A stretch of 64,000 nt of DNA from Octopus sinensis. Lineage: Eukaryota. The translations under genes and the position numbers were made by a program. Under the pieces are notes generated by a model that ran no database searches, was not told the DNA's origin, and was given only the letters and a program-made list of their open reading frames with translations. The first letter of the stretch is position 1. Each line of letters starts with the position of its first letter. The DNA is taken from contig NC_042997.1 of NCBI RefSeq assembly GCF_006345805.1, positions 105,958,001 through 106,022,000 on the forward strand, in the 5' to 3' direction. Shown piece after piece: positions 29,121 through 42,380 of the stretch.

Positions 29121-29960
29121 CTTTATACTGTTGTCGTTACTTTCGATTTTGTTGTTGCTGTTGTTGTAATTGTTGTTGTCGTTGTTTTGGTTGTTGTTGT
29201 TGTTGTTGTTGTTGCTGCTGATGCTGCTGTTTTGTTGTTGTTGTTGTTGTTCTTGTTGTTCTTTATACTGTTGTCGTTATTTTCGTTTTTGTTTTTGTTG
29301 TAATTGTTGTTGTAATTGTTGTTGTAATTGTTGTTGTCGTTGTTTTGGTTGTTGTTGTTGTTGTTGTTGCTGATGCTGCTGTTTTGTTGTTGTTGTTGTT
29401 GTTGTTGTCGTTGTTGTTCTTTATACTGTTGTCGTTACTTTCGTTTTTGTTGTTGTTGTCATTGTCATTGCTGCTGTTTCTGATGTTTTGATGCTATTGT
29501 TTTTGTTGTAATTGCTGCCGTTGTTGTTGTCGTTGTTTTGGTTGTTGTTGTTGCTGATGCTGCTGTTGTTGCTGTTGTACTTTTTGGTGCTGTTCTTGCT
29601 GCTGGTGGTTCTGATGGCGCTCTTGATTCTCTTCCTATTACCGTTGTTGTTGTTGTTGCAGTTGCTGTTTGCTGCTGTTACTCTTGTTCTTGTTGTTGTC
29701 GCTAATGCTCCTGCTGCTGTTGTTGTTGTTGTTGTTTTGTTGGTGTTGTGATGTTGTTATCGTTGTTTTTGTTGTTGTTATTGAGCTGTTGTTTTTGCTG
29801 TGTTGTTGTTGTTGCTGAGTTTTTTGTTGGTGTTATTGTTACTGTTGTTGTTTTTTTACTGTTGGGTAATTTTGTTATAATACTAGCCTCTTCTGCCGCT
29901 ACCGCTGTTTTTGTTGTTGTTGCTTTTTCTGCTCTTTTATTTTTTATGTTCAGTTGTTTG
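29040..29960. repeat. (GTT)n/(GCT)n field with internal duplications
   Basis: Marker TTCTTTATACTGTTGTCGTTA recurs at about 29119, 29259 and 29417. Confidence 0.9.
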
Positions 29961-29988
29961 TAGAGTTATTGTTGAATGGAGAGGTGTA

Positions 29989-30600
29989 TGATGATGATGA
30001 TGATGATGATAGATCATGATCATCATCATCATCATCATCATCATCAAATTCATGATCATAATGATGATGATGAGGAGGAGGAGGAGGATGATGATGATGA
30101 TGATGACGACGACGACGATGACGATGGTGGTAGTGGTGGTGGTGGTGATGGTGCTGGTGGTGGTGGTTGTGGTGGTGGTGGTGGTGGTGGTGGTGGTTGT
30201 GATGATGATGATGGTGATGATGATGATGATGACGACGACGACGACGATGGTGGTAGTGATGGTGGTGGTGGTGGTGGTGGTGGTGGTTGTGGTGGTGGTG
30301 GTGGTGGTGGTGATGGTGCTGGTGGTGGTGGTTGTGGTGGTGGTGGTGGTGGTGGTGGTGGTGGTTGTGATGATGATGATGGTGATGATGATGATGATGA
30401 CGACGACGACGACGATGGTGGTAGTGATGGTGGTGGTGGTGGTGGTGTGGTGGTGGTGGTGGTGGTTGTGATGATGATGATGGTGATGATGATGATGATG
30501 ACGACGACGACGACGATGGTGGTAGTGATGGTGGTGGTGGTGGTGGTGGTGGTGGTTGTGATGATGATGATGATGATGATAATGTTGATGATGATGTTGT
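29989..30600. repeat. (GAT)n/(GGT)n/(GAC)n field with higher-order units
   Basis: GACGACGAC...GATGGTGGTAGT recurs four times. Confidence 0.9.
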
Positions 30601-31146
30601 TATTGTTGCTGATGATGCTGTTTTTGTGGTGGTCGTTGTATGTGCAATGGTGTTGTTGCTGTCGCCAGTGCTCTTGTTCTCGATGCTGTGGGTGTTTTTT
30701 TTTGTTTTGTTTTTGTTTTTTTTTTTGGCAGAGGATGATACTGTTTGTTTTGCATTATCCAAATGGAATACAGAAATCATATTCTCCTGACTTGTGAGCT
30801 GTGATCAAATTAATTATTTAACATAGAAGAAACAGGTGTCACCTGAAAATTAGTAGCTGTTGTGAGCACGGGGAATTGTTTTTCAACGAGTAAAGCACAG
30901 CATATCTGGGGAAAAAAATAGGAAAACTGATTCAGGAAAGCATAAAATGAAGAAATAAAATAATCGAGGAAAGAAAGGTTGAGCGAAATGTGTGTGTGTG
31001 TGTGTATGTATGTGTGAGTATATGTGTATGTGTATTATTTACATACATCCATATTAATATGTATATTTATTATGCATGTATGTTCATATATGTATACATA
31101 CAAAATGATGCATATATTTATGTATATATTTCTATATATATATATA

Positions 31147-31833
<687 letters not shown>

Positions 31834-32049
31834 AGGTGTGTGTTGAGATAGAGAGAATAAAGAACAATGGGAAAGGGGTATATAAGAGAACAAACGTTTG
31901 AAAAGCAGAGTAGTATTGAGAATAGGGAAGAAATTCCAAAACAGACATAACTTAAAACTAAAATTGATAACACAGGAATAACAGGGAAAGTGAAAGTAAA
32001 TATAGAATGGAAGGAAATCACTATATAAGTTTAAGTGGAATATAAAGAA

Positions 32050-32830
32050 CTAGCCGGCCCCGTACCGTCAAAAGTGACAGCTAATTCTAGTATTTTATAT
32101 AAGATGAGGTACAAAACTAAGTTTTTAGTTTAATAATTCTTTTATTACCAAATCCTTTGTGAAAAATCTTCCCGCAATTAACACCCTTTGACTGTTTGTT
32201 TCCTTCAAAATAATTTTAAAGTTTTTCCTTCCTTTTTGTGCGACTTAAGCCCACATAAAGCTGGCCGTGACTAAATACGGGTGTTGACAAGTAAAAACCA
32301 ACTTTTTCGAAGCAACGCTTCCTTTCAATTGCGCCCTCTATTACTGAAATCAGCCTAAACTCATATGACTGAAAGCCACAAAAAACCGTCTGTGATTTAT
32401 AGTTGATGTAAAAACTCCCTATTCAAAATTTATTACATAAAATTCTTAATATAAATAAATTAGGCAAATGTATGAACTGTTAAATGTGTATTTATGATAT
32501 ATTTTTCAACTGCAGTCATTTTATGGTCTTGATACACTCAGGCAATAATTATTTTCTCTAAAGAGTTTGTATATGTTTGTGTAGATGTGTGCGATTGTAA
32601 TAATTATTTGTAACACAATAGATAGAATTTGGATGTTAATTCAAATAAATATACTTCCCAATGTTAACTAGTGGTTGTATTTTGAGACGTGACATTGATC
32701 ATCTTAAATTACTGAAAGAACGCTGGTTAGTTTATAGTTATTGAAAGAACACTGGGTAAAAATTTCTTAATATAAATAAAGGACATGCATAAACTGTTAA
32801 ATTAAAAAAGTGTATTTAAATTAAGATGTG
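32050..32830 (-). mobile_element. Helitron derivative; 3' end defined, 5' end uncertain
   Basis: Minus strand ends ...CTGTCACTTTTGACGGTACGGGGCCGGCTAG|T (subterminal hairpin plus CTAG), just downstream of a helicase fragment. Confidence 0.7.
32125..32311 (-). pseudogene. C-terminal fragment of Helitron RepHel (Pif1-family helicase)
   Basis: Minus strand translates FEKVGFYLSTPVFSHGQLYVGLSRTKRK (the FSHGQLYVxLSR motif). After a frameshift it reads KIILKETNSQ...FTKDLVIKELLN*. Confidence 0.88.
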
Positions 32831-32968
32831 CATACACACACACACCACACACACCTACACACACACACCTACACACACACACATAAAGTGACGAAGATTA
32901 ATAGCGAGGTGGAATCGAACCAGTGCATGTGTTTATTGTGAGTATAATGACCCTCCCTTGTCATAACA

Positions 32969-33008
<40 letters not shown>

Positions 33009-33578
33009 TCATCAGAAAGCACGTTTCGATATTCTGAATTTCAGAGTAACAAAGAAAATCCAGTGTCAGGAACATTATATATTGAATTGTAAATTCTGGA
33101 AGCTAATACATGCTTGACCCATTCAATTCATTTTGTTGTGGTTTCTTTATTTTTAATAGGAGTGACGTCTATTGCATTATTCCATTTTATTTTGATTGCA
33201 TTGTAGGGTGAATTGATCTATTAGTTCATTAATTTTGTCTGCCCGTGTATATATTTATGTATACACACATACATTATGTATATATAAATATAAACTACAT
33301 ATATATATAATATATATATATCTATATATATATATATATATCATCAATATGCATGTAGGTATATATATATAAGCATATGTGTGTGTGTGTGTGTTGTGTG
33401 TGTGTGTGTGCGTGTGCGTGTGTGTTTGTGTGTGTTTGTGTGTGTGTGTGTGTGAATGATGATGAGCAAAAAATATCAAAGTGATACTACAGACAATAGA
33501 TATGATGTTGGTATAGGTTTTAATGCATAACGGCAGACAGATGAACTGAGAGAGATAGGTAGGCGTTTACACACACAC

Positions 33579-33671
<93 letters not shown>

Positions 33672-34106
33672 ATGCATAGATAGATATCTTCCACTCTTTT
33701 TATCTTTCTCAATGCCTGCCTATCTCAGTCACCTCATCTGTCTATACGGTCGAGCATAAAAACGTAAACCAGCAATAAGACATCTATCGTCTGTTATTTT
33801 TTTATATCACGCCATTTTATTATATTCCTTCCTCTCATTGCCATATCTAACGGTAGCGACTCATGATGTGTGGGGTGGGGCTGTACGTACGTACTACCTG
33901 CGCGAGCGCGTGTATATTGAAGGCGTTGAAGAGGTAGACTTTTTAGAAAACTAGATACGATGCCTTCATGTACTTAGTTGTTTTTTTTTCCAACTTTCAA
34001 CACTCTACGTTCAAATTCTGCAAAGATCAGCTTTACCTGTTATTGCTTCGGGTCCGATAACTAGAGTACCAATACTAGGATCGATTCTTCTTCTTCTTCT
34101 TCTTCT

Positions 34107-34152
<46 letters not shown>

Positions 34153-34309
34153 TTCTTTCTTTCTTTCTCTGTCTGTAAGATAGGTGTTGCAGTCAGACTG
34201 AGAAGGTTAGGCACCGCGAAATTCAATACACACTGTATGCCAAGACAGCAACCCTACGACTTCATAAAAAATTGAAAGCCCAAAGCAAGGCAACGATATA
34301 TATATTATT

Positions 34310-34490
34310 TTACATGCTTCAGTCATTTGACTGCAGCCATACTGGAGCACCGCCTTTAGTCGAACAAATCGACCTCAGGACGTATTCTTTGTAAGCCCAG
34401 TACTTATTCTATCGGCCACTATTACCGAACCGCTAAGTTACGCGGACGTAAACACATTAACATCGGGTCGAGCGATGGTGGGGGACACAT
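34310..34490 (-). mobile_element. 3' half of a family-B SINE
   Basis: TTCAGTCATTTGACTGCAGCCATACTGGAGCACCGCC is the reverse complement of the family-B tail. Confidence 0.8.
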
Positions 34491-34522
34491 AATGCATATA
34501 TACATATATATATATATATAAT

Positions 34523-34630
<108 letters not shown>

Positions 34631-34649
34631 ATTATATATATATATGACG

Positions 34650-34873
34650 CCATGATAGATCGTTAGCCACTACACACTTTTTTTCTCTCCTTTTTTTCCC
34701 TCTTTTTTATCTCCTTTTTTTTTCTCCTTGTTATTTCTGTGTACCTTTCTGTAGCAGAGCATAGGCTCGAAACGTAAAAGACTTTTTTGTATTCCTGAGC
34801 GTTATACTGATACATCTGTTTGTTTTGTACACCACCTGTCTTCGTCTTTTGTTTTTTTCGTAAACTTTCCCTA
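34650..34873 (+). mobile_element. PLE terminal-repeat-like element with a hammerhead-like motif (34745-34780)
   Basis: CUUU-CUGUAGC-A-GAGC(AUAG)GCUC-GAAAC-GUA-AAAG. Same family as 49120-49288. Confidence 0.6.
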
Positions 34874-35527
34874 TATATATATATTCAATTTTGAGGGATT
34901 AATCGATATGCCGGTATTCTAATCTAATGAATATCTTACAGTAAACTCATGGTATTAGTTTGCCCATCACGAAATAATACTTAAAGGATATAACCAAAAT
35001 TTCCAGCTTAGTATACAATGTACTTCATTAATTATATCATACTTTAGTTAATACTAATATTTATTAAATATGAAGGAACTACACGTGTTTCAGTATTGGG
35101 AGATTACAATATATATACATATACACGACTGTATACCCATATATATACATATATAAATACATATATGCAATCGTCAGATTTACAATTATTCCAACACATT
35201 TTCAGGTTCTATTTCAAAATATTTTATATCTAATTTTACATCCCTTTAAAAAGAAGCAATACAATTAAGCATTAAAGATTAAAAATTACGAATTAAAAAT
35301 TAAGAATAAAAATTATACTTTGTAATATTAAGAATTAAAATTTATAAATTATACATTATAAATATGTGAGATACAGAATGTGAGATATAAGTTTAAACAG
35401 AATAAACATGTCTGTGTTTAAATGTGATATATAACAAGAAAAATTCAAATGGGCAAGTGTCTTCCACTATAACCCCGGGCTGGTGTGTGTGTGTGTGTTG
35501 TGTGTGTGTGTGTGTGTGAGTGAGTGA

Positions 35528-35840
35528 AGGTGTATGGCTCAGTGTTTAAAACACCGGGCTCACAATCATGTGTGGATTCGATTCCCGGACCGTTCTGTTT
35601 GTTGTGTACTTGAGCACGACACTTTATTTCACGTTACTCCAGTTCATTCTGTTCTAGAAATGAGTAGCAACGTCACTGGTGCCAAACTGTATCGACCTTT
35701 CCCTTGGATGACATCAGTGGCGTGGAGAGGGAAGGCTGGTATGCATGGGCGACTGCATAAACAGCCTTGCCCGAACTTGTACCTCGGTGGGGAACCTCCT
35801 AGGTGTAATCACATGGTTATTCATGAATGGAGGGTGCTTT
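35528..35840 (+). mobile_element. Family-C SINE
   Basis: TGGCTCAGTGTTTAA A-box-like and GATTCGATTCCC B-box-like motifs. Aligns with 9364-9690(-). Confidence 0.82.
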
Positions 35841-35941
35841 TATATATGTATGTATGTATGTATGTATGTTGTATGTATGTATGTATGTATGTATGTATGT
35901 ACGTACGTATGTATGTATGTATGTTTGTATGTATGAGTATA

Positions 35942-35987
<46 letters not shown>

Positions 35988-37124
35988 CAGTTTTGAGAAA
36001 TTTTCTAACATTATCAATAATTTTCATACTAAATATTTGTTATATGTTCTCGTAGGTAATTTTTATCTCTTGGTCAGAGAAGACTGTGTCCACAACGCGT
36101 TACAGAGCCTCGAAGACCGGAGAAGAGATGGAGGAAAACGAAAATTTGTCTCGAATGCCTGCAACGGAAAAGTCCCAGCTAAAGTTCTAGGGGGAGGCCA
36201 GGGCAGGATTTGAACTCAGAACTCAAAGATCCGGAACAAATAAGATGTGCTTACACTTCCGACAATCCATCGCCTTGAGTTAGTGCTTTTTTTTATATCG
36301 TTCTCGAAAGGCTGAAAGGCGAAGTTAACTTCGGTAAGATTTTAACTCAGAGCGCAAAGAGCCGGAACAAATACCACAAGACGTTCTTACATTTCCGGCA
36401 ATCCACCACCTTGGGTTAATATTTTTTTTATCGATACCGAGATCATGAAAAACAAAGTTGACCTCAGTGGGGATTGATCTCAGATAGCAAGGAGTCGGGC
36501 ATTATGTCCAACGCCCTTATCACTCTGCCGATTCATCGCCATAGTTCTCTTGAATAGACTATGCTAAGTTCCAATTTAAATGAGACTTAGACGGAATTTT
36601 CACTTTGACTATTAAAAATTTCACGTTTTACCTATCTCCAAACCACCAGAGTAACTTGGGAACAAGGAAAGAAAAGCTTTATATTTCACAGAACGTATGA
36701 AAGAAGGGTTAACTAAAAGTTCAAAAACCAACATGGACATTTAAGACAAATTTACGAAAATTCTTTGGACAATCAAAGGGTTAAATTTCATTTTTGAACG
36801 ACTGAAATGTCACAATTTCCTCCCTTTGCCCTTTCTGAGAATATAATGTTCATTAATGCTAATGAGTTTTATTCTTATTGAGGCTGTAATTTCAATCAAT
36901 CAAAATTAATTTTCAGGTCAACACCTCAAGCGCAGTAACGTAGTTCTCTCTCTATCTCTATCTCTATCTATCTCTCTATCTATCTCTCTCTATCTATCTA
37001 TCTCTCTTTCTCTCTCTCTCCCTCAGTCTCTCTTTCCTCTCTCTTCTGCTTCTGTCTCTTTTCCCCCACTTTTTCCCTATTTCTCTCACTTCTACATATG
37101 GAGGATTGCACGTGTAATAAAAAG

Positions 37125-37250
37125 TAGTGAACACAAAATGAAAGAAGACAAAGTAAAAATAAGTTTTAACAAACGTTAATTTAGTTTAACGCATAAAAGT
37201 AAGTGAAAGAGTCTTGACGTTTTGGACGCTAGTCCTTTATCTGAAGAGAA
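37125..37250 (-). mobile_element. Decayed PLE terminal-repeat-like element with a hammerhead-like motif (37212-37246)
   Basis: Minus strand reads UCUU-CAGAUAA-A-GGAC(UAGC)GUCC-AAAC-GUC-AAGA, then the GCGTTAAACTAA tail motif shared with the 34.7 kb and 49.2 kb copies. Confidence 0.55.
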
Positions 37251-37764
37251 ATATAGAAAAGTAGAGGAGTAAAGTACGAAAGTTTTTTAAAGGAAAAAAA
37301 CAAGCAGGCGAGCGAGTTAAAAGCTACGTAATAATGCAGTTCTATGGAGAAGTTAAGAGAATAGGTGGTAGCAGGTACGTCTCTATAGGGGCTTACTCGT
37401 GTATTGACAGAGATGTGAGTGCGTATGTGGTTATTTGGTGGAAGATGAGTGTAGAGGCGTGTCAGCGTGGTTGTGTGATGGCATGAGATACTGGAGGGCG
37501 GGTGGTTGGTGTATGTATGTAATCCGAAACGTCGAGACTCGTTCCCTTCCTTTTAAGCGTTAAGCTAATATATTTGTTAGAATACGTCTCTCCTGTGTTG
37601 TCCTTATTCATTCTCTGAGTATTGCTTTCATAATATATTTCAGCACTTAAGGGGACCTTATATTCTTTTATAGATGGACACAAACACACAAGCACAAACA
37701 CACACACAAGCGTGCGTGTACACATACACACACATGCGCATATCTTTTATCTTATTTTTTTATA

Positions 37765-38019
37765 CTTGTTTCAGTCAATGGACATGTTAGGGCACCCCCT
37801 TGAAGGACATCGTCGAACAAATCGTCTCCCAATATTTATCTGTAAGACTGATACTTATTGCTTTCTTTTGCTGAACCGCTAAGTTATGGATTCGTAACAG
37901 CACTGGTTGTTAAGTATAAGATAGGGAAGGGAACAAACTCAAAACTAACATAAAGACACAAACACAGAAACACACACATTCACACATACACATGTATATA
38001 CATGTATATATATATATAT

Positions 38020-38058
<39 letters not shown>

Positions 38059-38222
38059 TGTGTGTACATACATACATACAAACGACAGACTTCATTTCAA
38101 TTTTCTTGTGAGTGAATTTGGTTGGGTTATAGAAGACGCTTGCCCAAGGGGCCCCACTGTGTGACTTAATCCAAGACCACACGGTTGGGAAGCATGTTTC
38201 TTAACTACACGGCTCCGTCAGC
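37765..38222 (-). mobile_element. Decayed family-B SINE
   Basis: CTTGTTTCAGTC tail, GAACCGCTAAGTTA, and AGAAGACGCTTGCCCAAGG head segments. Confidence 0.72.
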
Positions 38223-38250
38223 ACCAGTGTGTGCGTGTGTGTGTGTGTAA

Positions 38251-38283
<33 letters not shown>

Positions 38284-39350
38284 TGTATGTGTGTGTGTGT
38301 GTTGCCCACCGCCTCCACTGACATTTAAACTGAAGATATGTATGATACTTAATCTCGTACATGTATCAATACATTATGTGTGAGTTTTGTATGTATGTGC
38401 AACTGCGTGAATACATACACACACACACACACACACCACCACCACCACCACCACCACCACCTTCACCTGTTGTTTCAAGAAGAGATGGGTGGCTTTGGTT
38501 GTCTGTCAGTTCGAATTTCGCCTGAATGAAAAATTCCTCTGTCAACTCTAACGTCTTTTTAACGACTAATGCGCTTGTGGAATCGGCCCTCCTTATCAGT
38601 TGCTCTTTAGGTATTTACGTAGAACTTTCTGATTATATAAATCATCCTTGATGCCGTCGATATTATCTATGTTGTTGTTACTGCGGCTGTTGTTTTATAC
38701 AAAGGCTCTTGTAGACGTTGTTGTTCTTGTTGTCGTTTTCGATGTTATGGCAGTAGAAGTCCCCAATGGCTCTTGTCGCTCGGGTAGAATATGTCCTAGG
38801 CTGTGTTAGTGAAGGTGATAGTGGCTACGAAGAATGTTATGATAATAGTGTTGCTAATAGTGTTGTTGTTGACGGGAGGGTATAACCGTGTAATAATTCT
38901 TACGTTAGTGGGAGTGTTCTGTTAATTCGATGTGTTGGAGGTGGCGCTGATGTTGGTGTTTCCTTTTCTGTGTTTTTTTAATTTTCTTCTTTTTTTTATT
39001 GGCGGGGTAGTGCTGTCTGCATGAATAAAGGTTACTTGTAAGGAGAGACGATGGTAGGGAAGGAGTTACGATCTCTTATCTTTTTGAGTCTTCATGGCTC
39101 ACTCACTTTTGTATACCGACGATAAAATGGGTGTTTATAATATATATATATACATATATATATACACATATATATACATATATATATATATATATACATA
39201 AACATTCGTATGTATAAATATAGAAGGAAATTCATTCATATAAACATCTCTCTCTTCTTTCTCCCCCTCTCCCTCTCTCACTTTCTCTCACTCTCTGAAT
39301 ATATACATATATACATTATAGCAGCGTATGTATTGCGCATATATACATAC

Positions 39351-39397
<47 letters not shown>

Positions 39398-39473
39398 TAT
39401 ATATATATATATTATATATATTAGAATATATATATATAATTATATATATATATACACACTATATAATATAGAA

Positions 39474-39695
39474 GGCGGCGAGCTGGCAGAAACGGTAGCA
39501 CGTCGGGCGAAAGGCGTAGCCGTATTTTGTCTGCCGTTACGTTCTGAGTTCAAATTCCGCCGAGGTTGACTTCATCTTTCGGGGTCGATAAATTAAGTAC
39601 CAGTAACGCACTGGGGTCGATGGAATCGACTTAATCGCTTTGTCTGTCCTTGTTTGTCCCCTCTGTGTTTAGCCCCTTGTGGGTAGTAAAGAAAT
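39474..39695 (+). mobile_element. Family-A SINE inserted in a (TA)n field
   Basis: Close match to 23924-24155 with a small internal deletion. Confidence 0.92.
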
Positions 39696-40707
39696 ATATA
39701 TACATATATATAATAATATAAATAATATATAAATATATATAATATATGAATGCATATATTTATACACACACATATATATATGATATATATATATATTAAA
39801 ATTATATACTCATATATATATATACATTTACTCACACACACACACACACGTACACACATACATCTATTGAGTTAAAACAGGTACATTGATAGTGACACAG
39901 TGATTGAGTGAAAGGGCATATGTGTAAATAGAAAGAAAAAAGTCCCAAATAAAATAAGGAAAAAAAAACCCAACTAAAACTTCAAGAATGTGAACAACAG
40001 AAATAACAAATACATAGACAGTAATATCCTCATATATACACACATTAACACTAATAATACGTCAAGTACATATAGGCACATGTATGTAAATAATTTGACA
40101 TGTGGGTGTTTGTATGAGATGGTACTTAGATTAGCTCTGTATAAACTTGAAGAACTGTTTACAACTACTTCATCATCAAGATACAAATATAAATACGTAT
40201 ATATACATGCGTATATACGTGCATATATAGATATATAGATTCATATATACATAGGTAGTTATGTGCGTATATACATGATATGTATACAGTGGCTTGGATG
40301 TATGCTTCGGTGTTTATGTTTCTTTGCATATTACGGGATCAAAGCGAGCGGTGCATAGGTGCGTGTATGCGTCATGTGCGATGGTGCGCGCGCGTGTGCG
40401 TGCATGTGTGTGAGTGTGTGGTGTAGTGTGTGCGAGTGTGTTTTCATACAAATTCACAGACGCGCACATGCACTCAATATATATGTATATGAGTGTACAT
40501 TTGTGTGTGTGTGTGGGTGTGTATGTGTTTGCGTGCATGTGTATGTGTGTGTGTGTGTGTGTATGTTTGTACGTGTATGCACACATATATATACACACAG
40601 ACACACACATATATATATATATATATACATTGTTATATGTGTTATATAATATATAAATATGTATATACAAATATGTATTACGTATGTATATGTATAGTGT
40701 ATAAATA

Positions 40708-40738
<31 letters not shown>

Positions 40739-40748
40739 ATATCTATAC

Positions 40749-40808
<60 letters not shown>

Positions 40809-41356
40809 TGTATGAAAATATATCCTTAAAGATATAGATATATAATTACACGAGCCTTCCTACACTCACGCCTGCATATATACATATACACTCACACACG
40901 CGCATTGATATTTGTTTATGTGTGTACAAGTGTGGGTGTGTGTGTAGTAATTATGTAGATACGTTTTAAACACATGTCGCTATCTTTATGTGAATCTATA
41001 TTTTGAGTATGAAAGTTAGCTAATGATGTTTGTTTTACGAATGCAATTCCTTTGCCTTCTATTTAAATGATTTCTTGTTGCATACTAATAGCAACTTATC
41101 ATACCTTAATCTTAAATGGTGTGTTTATATATGTATATGAATAGGAACACTTCTTGGAAGGTTGCATGGTATATTTCGAATAGTTGCCCTGTCTATACTC
41201 CATCTGAGATAAACTAATTCTTTCATAATTTTTCCTTCTTCATATTCGTTTATGCTCTCTGGCATTTTTCCTTCTTTCTTTTCCTCTGTCAATCCGTTTT
41301 AGTTTCATTTTCACGTTTGTGTTCCTCCCCTTAGCCTTCTGTTATAATTCCATATA

Positions 41357-41572
41357 TATTTCTTTACTGCCCACAAGGGGCTAAACGCAGAGGGGACAAA
41401 CAAGGACAGACAAACGGATTAAGTCGATTTATCGACCCCGAAAGGAGGAAAGGCAAAGTCAACCGCGGCGGAATTTGAACTCAACGTAACGGCAGACGAA
41501 ATACGGCTACGCATTTCCCCCGGCGTGCTAACGTTTCTGCCAGCTCGCCGCCTAATCTGCCAGCTTGCCGCC
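41357..41572 (-). mobile_element. Family-A SINE with a 21-bp TSD and a duplicated 5' end
   Basis: CTTCTGTTATAATTCCATATA at 41336-41356 and 41576-41596. TCTGCCAGCT(C/T)GCCGCC occurs twice at the head. Confidence 0.92.
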
Positions 41573-41658
41573 TGTCTTCTGTTATAATTCCATATACCTT
41601 TAGTTTAAACCTTCTACTGAGTCAATTTAGGCTATTTTAGGTTACTTTGTAGAAATAT

Positions 41659-42093
41659 TGGTTTCAAATTTTCGTACCGGGCCTGCAATTGTGGGAAGGT
41701 GGCAGTCAATTATATCGACCCCAGTGCTCAACTGGTACTTATTTTATTGACCCAGAAAGGATGAAAAACACACTCGATCACGGCGCCGTTTAAATTCAGA
41801 ACGTAACGTTGGATGAAATGCCACTAAGCATTTCTTCCCGGCGCGGTAACGATTCTGCCACCTCGCCACCTTAATTAAAAATTTTGGTACAAAGCTAGGA
41901 ATTTCATGCGGGTGGGGGAGAGGTAAGTTGATTACATCGATCCCAGTGTTCAACTGGTACTTATTTTATCGACCTCGAAAAAACGAAGGGCAATGTCAAT
42001 CTTGGTGGAATTTGAACTCAGAACGTAAGGAAGGACGAAATGCCGTTAAGTATTTTACCCGGCGTGCTAACGATTCCGCCAGCTTTCCACCTT
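41659..42093 (-). mobile_element. Two tandem older family-A SINEs
   Basis: Core motifs at 41659-41870 and 41880-42093. Confidence 0.8.
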
Positions 42094-42127
42094 ACTTTAC
42101 AGGAATATTAAATCGACATCATTATTT

Positions 42128-42380
42128 GACTTAGACTTACGAGGTTCCTTTGTCTTGAAATGTGTAAGGCAGTCAAAGTGTGCCAGTGATCGCGGTTTCT
42201 TGTTTCCTTCAATGTGTCATTCAATGTTCTGTCAGTTAGCTATATGTTCGTTTTGATCGTTTACTGCCAATTTATTTTTGGGGGTCTTCTCCGCCTCTTT
42301 CCATAGGTCTTCCAATAAGAGATGTGGTTGGCGAGTCTTCCCCATGGTAGTTGTAGTACGTGACCCAGCCAGCTCAGACT
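42128..42380 (-). mobile_element. 3' remnant of an RTE-clade LINE
   Basis: Minus strand translates LSWLGHVLQLP, then after a frameshift RLANHISYWKTYGKRRRRPPKINW...RNRDHW. This resembles the RTE C-terminus WLGHV...GKRxRGRPK..W...DRxxW. Confidence 0.75.

Noticed and set aside
29950-30797. 270-aa His-rich or Gly/Asp-rich ORFs suggesting a structural protein
   Set aside because: Pure trinucleotide repeats, open on both strands, with no signal peptide or splice evidence.
36700-36783. piggyBac-like ends (AGGGTTAA)
   Set aside because: No matching left terminus or transposase found.
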